In this document: piece by piece, positions 59,911 through 64,000 of the stretch
How the letters are laid out: each line of letters begins with the position of its first letter
Numbering within the stretch: position 1 is the stretch's first letter
Source of the DNA: Schizochytrium sp. TIO01
Lineage: Eukaryota; Protista; Bigyra: Labyrinthulomycetes
DNA: 64,000 nucleotides
Assembly (NCBI GenBank): GCA_004764695.1
Contig: SMSO01000036.1
Span: 992,001 to 1,056,000 of the forward strand
Direction: 5' to 3'
Notes under the pieces: generated by a model
The model's input: the letters and a program-made list of their open reading frames with translations, nothing else
Databases searched by the model: none
Told to the model about the DNA's origin: nothing
Position numbers and translations under genes: made by a program

Positions 59911-62283
59911 TTAAGAGAAGGTAGCGGTCTCCATAGCAAGGCGGCAATTTTGCAATGCATCCTCAATGGCATCCTGGAGCTCTGTAAGTTCGCTGAGTTT
60001 CATCGACTTAAGATCTCGTCCATGAAATCGATTCAATTGAAGTTGAGCAGAAAGATGAGCATGCTGCTCACGATCAAGTTGCTGCTGAAGTGACTTCATA
60101 CTTGCCTCGGCCTCGCCAAGCTGAGCGCTCCATTGCTTCCGTTGTAGCATTTCACAGCGGCGGTGCTCTATGAGTTCAGAATACGCAAACTCTGAATGTA
60201 ACTTTAGACGATCTTTTTTCAACCTTCGAGCAAGCTTCCGAGCCGCGTTTACTCCTTTCTGTTTCTCTGGGTTCATATCAGATGCCGGGCGCTTGTTATT
60301 ACTGTCGAGTTGGTTCAGTTTTTCAGATTGAGTTAATCCAGGGGGGTGTAAACTAGCTTTTGGTCCTCGGGAAGTGGCTGTAACCTTCAGTAGTCCATTT
60401 TTGCCACCTTTTGTACCAGCTCCGCGATAGTCTTGAACCCATACGCGGAAACTACGCTCTTTAGAGTTTCTACTGGTTGGATTCGCTTCCTGGAGACGAG
60501 TTCCCTTGCATGCTGGCATCGGACACAGTTCCTCCGACTCTGAACTAGCTGTTAGTACCGGTTTGACGAATGGTTGCGCAGCACATCGCTTGTGGAGTTT
60601 TACTTCGCAGCTTGTACAATGGATAGTTCCCCTGCTTAGGCTCTCCATACATGCCCAGCATACTTCACACTCTGGCCAGCTGCCATCCGGATTATCAGCA
60701 AAGGCTCCTGGCTTCATCAAACTGGCATTACGAAGCATAGAAGTACCACACTCGATCAAGGCTCGATCCTCAGGAGTGAGAAGTTCACCATCAACACGGT
60801 GAAACAACAGCTCGCGAAGTAGTTCTCCCTTGCGATGCACTACTGTACAGCCGATTTTACCAAGTTGCAATAAAGCGGTCGGAGATTGAACGTTAAGGGA
60901 TTTACAGCGTGGGGGGAAAGTCCAGCGGCCAATACCATGCTTGAGACCATCTTTCCAGAAGCCAGCATAGGCTTCACCAGACTCACGATTAACTGTTTGA
61001 AGGCCTGATGCCTTCTGAGACTTTGTAAGTCTCAAAGTTCCAAATCCATGACGCAGACCTCTGTCAAAGTACCCATTATACTCTTCTTTAGATAACACCT
61101 CCTGCCCAAGACCATGTTTTTTATTGAAACGCCAGTGGCCCTTGTAAACTTCTTCGCCTGTCGCCTCATTTCTCAAGATACCATAACCATGGCATTGTCC
61201 ATGCTTCCAGTGTCCAGAATAAGAGTGTGGTTGCTCGCTAGATATACCATCAATTCCATCAATAGAGCGCCAGCCATACCCGTGAGGCTGCATCAGTTCA
61301 TTCAGATCACCCTCGTAGTCGCCAAGTTTATCCCAAAATTCATCATCGGTCTGATTAGATTCTGCGGACTCCACTTCTGAAAATGAAGGAATGGCTAAAT
61401 GCCAGAGTAACAAACTGGACTTAGTATTGGCGTAAATTTCCCTACATACTTTTGGCTGTGGAAGATTAAACGTTGCGTGATATTGATGCCAATATGAAAC
61501 GCTCTTAGCAGAGAAAGCACATTCTAGGGCAGCTGGTGATTCTACAATGCCAAGCTTTGATGAGGCATTGAACGGCTCCGTGCTCTCCGTGCCGTGCGAG
61601 GCTAGGAACCCACCGATGTCCCAAACTTGAACGAGCTCGTCTAGCGCCGCAACAGTCACCAACTTTTTGGTCTGAGGACACATATACATTGCGCTAATAG
61701 AGTTTCGTCGTCCCATCACTGAACATACGTGGCGTTGAGAGGCTGAGTAGTTTTTAATGTCAATTGTAACATCCCAAATGTGAGCTTTACCGATACCAAT
61801 ACCACAAGCTAAGCGCAGCACGAACTTTCCATCTTCGGTTTTATGAATGGGCAAGACAGCACCTAGACCTCGAACTTTGCCTTCACGGGGCTTTTCCAAT
61901 TCAATCTCACGCGTTGTGAAGCCTCCACAGAAACCATTTTCGCTTGGTTTGTCTGAATTTTCTTTCAACGAGTTAAGATTGTCGTCTGCCCTTTGCTCGA
62001 GGTGCCATATTTTCACAGCACGCTGTGTCTGTTTAAGGACTCCGGCCACCACAAAGGTTTCACCCTCGAGCACCACCACATCAATATGCATTGGAGTATT
62101 TTGGTAGGCAAGCTCAAAATCACCGAGCATCTTGCGTCTATACTTAGGCAGTTCACCACCCCCATTATCTAAAACTTCTGCCATCCAGACTTCGCCACGC
62201 AACCCCACTACTGCAAACCGACCTTGGCCATCGCACACAAGGTTGGGCAGCCGCCCATGGTCCCGCATCATGTCCGCAGCCAT
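59911..62283 (-). CDS. Multidomain protein: WD40-like repeats, 4 MORN repeats, PHD-type zinc finger and coiled coil
   Basis: WD-like ends VKIWH, AHIWD and VQVWD; MORN motifs YSGHWKHGQCHGYG, YKGHWRFNKKHGLG, YNGYFDRGLRHGFG and YAGFWKDGLKHGIG; C4HC3 finger CEVC..CTSC..HKRC..CPMPAC. The start is uncertain (frame open to ~62340). Confidence 0.85.
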   Translation of the reverse strand: MAADMMRDHGRLPNLVCDGQGRFAVVGLRGEVWMAEVLDNGGGELPKYRRKMLGDFELAYQNTPMHIDVVVLEGETFVVAGVLKQTQRAVKIWHLEQRADDNLNSLKENSDKPSENGFCGGFTTREIELEKPREGKVRGLGAVLPIHKTEDGKFVLRLACGIGIGKAHIWDVTIDIKNYSASQRHVCSVMGRRNSISAMYMCPQTKKLVTVAALDELVQVWDIGGFLASHGTESTEPFNASSKLGIVESPAALECAFSAKSVSYWHQYHATFNLPQPKVCREIYANTKSSLLLWHLAIPSFSEVESAESNQTDDEFWDKLGDYEGDLNELMQPHGYGWRSIDGIDGISSEQPHSYSGHWKHGQCHGYGILRNEATGEEVYKGHWRFNKKHGLGQEVLSKEEYNGYFDRGLRHGFGTLRLTKSQKASGLQTVNRESGEAYAGFWKDGLKHGIGRWTFPPRCKSLNVQSPTALLQLGKIGCTVVHRKGELLRELLFHRVDGELLTPEDRALIECGTSMLRNASLMKPGAFADNPDGSWPECEVCWACMESLSRGTIHCTSCEVKLHKRCAAQPFVKPVLTASSESEELCPMPACKGTRLQEANPTSRNSKERSFRVWVQDYRGAGTKGGKNGLLKVTATSRGPKASLHPPGLTQSEKLNQLDSNNKRPASDMNPEKQKGVNAARKLARRLKKDRLKLHSEFAYSELIEHRRCEMLQRKQWSAQLGEAEASMKSLQQQLDREQHAHLSAQLQLNRFHGRDLKSMKLSELTELQDAIEDALQNCRLAMETATFS

Positions 62284-62831
62284 ATTGCCAGCCAAACTCA
62301 GACTTTCGCAAAAGCTTTTCCTGTCAAAGGCCAAATCCTCCTAGGTCTGTAAGTCCCAATTGCTATTGTGCAAACAGTTTGCACTGCGCAAACGGGACTC
62401 GGCTTGGAGGCCTGCGACGCCAAGTTCGTGCGATCTCAACAACTGTAAAAGAAAAAAGAAAGTGCTTGAAAATAGTTAGAGAAGTAACTAACTAACTTTA
62501 TTAAACTCCTACCAATGCTAAGTCTAACTACCGGCAAAAGAGCGACCTGTGTAAGGGTCGCTAACAGGTCGATCTATGGGAGAATGAAGGATTTTCATGT
62601 TTTTACTAATCCTTGAATTGGTTTAGAGTGAGATTTTGCCGATACTGAATGAATATATGCGCAAGGGAAATTATGTTCTCGTGGCATCTTTTATCTCGCT
62701 TTTCAAATCTTTCAATAGAATTTTTCAATAATATGAAGGAAAGGACGAAATCTGGAGACGGCGCAATTTGCGAGGGTAAATCCGTTTATTTGTTCCAACA
62801 TGGAAATGATTTGTTTACAGAAAGACTAAGG

Positions 62832-64000
62832 TTACATGGGAAAACTTGTTGGGTACTGACAACCAATTTTGGACGATTTAGTGAGGAACCGGCCATCGTA
62901 GACTCTGTCAAAACCTCGCACATTAATTTCGTCGCCTCTCAGACGACCTTCAACATCAACTACATCAACCAGGTCGTTCAGGACATCGTACTTGAGCGCG
63001 TGGTCCTCACGATTAGACTTGGTAAGACTCGGAGATGCATTAACTTCAATGAGCCAGGGCTTAAGGTCTTGGTCGAAGAGGACGTCAAAGCCATAAAGCT
63101 CAAAGCTGTGCTTGTCTTGGATGATGGCTTGTTGCACAGAAATCAGTGAGCGAACCATCATATCTTGAATATCTGCAAAAAGCTTGTCGGTTTTTTCGCG
63201 CCCAAAATTCATGGTCAGATACACGCGAAGGTCATGCACATGCCATTTCATGCCTTGTTCCGCATCATAATTCTCAGCAGTCTTTTGAATTGAATGATTG
63301 GTGAGATGTACAAATGAGTTTGTCAGATCGTCAACTGCTGCAGAGTATCGGGCACCTGAAAACCGTGCAAAGCCTGCCCGATGAATCCAAGCCTGAAGTG
63401 GGGAGTAAGATGTAACAAGGCAGTACAAACGCAAATCAAATTTCTTGCCTCCGACTGTGAAAGGACGCTCAACGTATCGCTGAGCCACATATGTTTCGGC
63501 CTGTGGAGCATCAGCCTTCCACTTATGATCCTTTTTCCAGTCACTCACCTGGGACAGCTTATTAAATAAAAAGATTCCGCGACCTTGTGCTTTACCAATG
63601 GGCTTCATAATCCATGTTGCACCGGAGCTACGCTTAAACTCCTCCAAGAATAGGCTGTATTCCTGCGGCAATACATAAGTACTTGGAAAGAAGTTATACT
63701 CAGCAGCTTCTGTGTGTTGTTCACTTTTTTCAAGTTGGCGTTTCATACGTTTAAGATTTTTCACCAAGAGATCCTTGCGGGTCAACTCATAGTGGTTGCG
63801 AAAGTGGTTCACACGTTGACGGTCATCAAACTGGAATGTGATCATAAAAATCGCGAACCCAGCCAATATCGCACCAATTGAAGTCCCAATCAGTGTCGCT
63901 ATCAGTTTGTTCCCAGCCGGGTCGATTTTTCAGAACATCTAGCACAACGTTGTGAAAGCTCGTTCGAAACAATACTGCTGCTTCGCCGGGTCCTGCCAAC
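62832..64000 (-). CDS. TTLL9: Tubulin polyglutamylase TTLL9 (5' end beyond the window; +1 frame break at ~63834)
   Basis: HFRNHYELTRKDLLVKNLKR, WIMKP...QGRGIFL, KFDLRLY, VHLTN, FELYGFD and EVNASPSL. The upstream frame 63999-63829 gives FRTSFHNVVLDVLKNRPGW...DWDFNWCDIGWVRDFYDHI, the TTLL9 N-terminus. Confidence 0.92.

Overview
Eukaryotic nuclear DNA, not prokaryotic: it has GT-AG introns, ciliary, telomere and chromatin genes, and microsatellite-rich intergenic DNA. The style suggests a flagellated stramenopile such as a thraustochytrid/labyrinthulomycete, but that taxon call is inference. About 16 protein-coding genes can be supported, mostly intron-poor: a BART-like protein, a truncated CEP164 paralog with a predicted tail anchor, full-length CEP164, two hypothetical proteins, a Rel/CudA/velvet-type beta-sandwich transcription factor, POT1, a 5'-nucleotidase with EF-hands, a secreted trypsin with an Asp-rich tandem-repeat pro-region, a Sec14/CRAL-TRIO protein, a PEHE-domain chromatin scaffold, DNAJC3, RPP30, a DNAJC17-like J-protein, a WD40-MORN-PHD protein, and TTLL9 running off the window end. 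Non-coding features include an ~830-bp (AAT)n tract and a ~12-kb gene-free, repeat-rich block upstream of the transcription factor. The most interesting items are: (1) the CEP164 paralog pair, where an apparent gene-conversion tract keeps the N-terminal WW module ~99% identical while one copy has a C-terminal membrane anchor instead of the coiled coil; (2) the acidic-repeat trypsin; (3) several single-base frame breaks, most likely long-read indel errors, although the +1 cases all run into TGA. All domain calls are from motif recognition by eye, not database searches. No tRNA, rRNA, CRISPR array or intact transposon was recognised.
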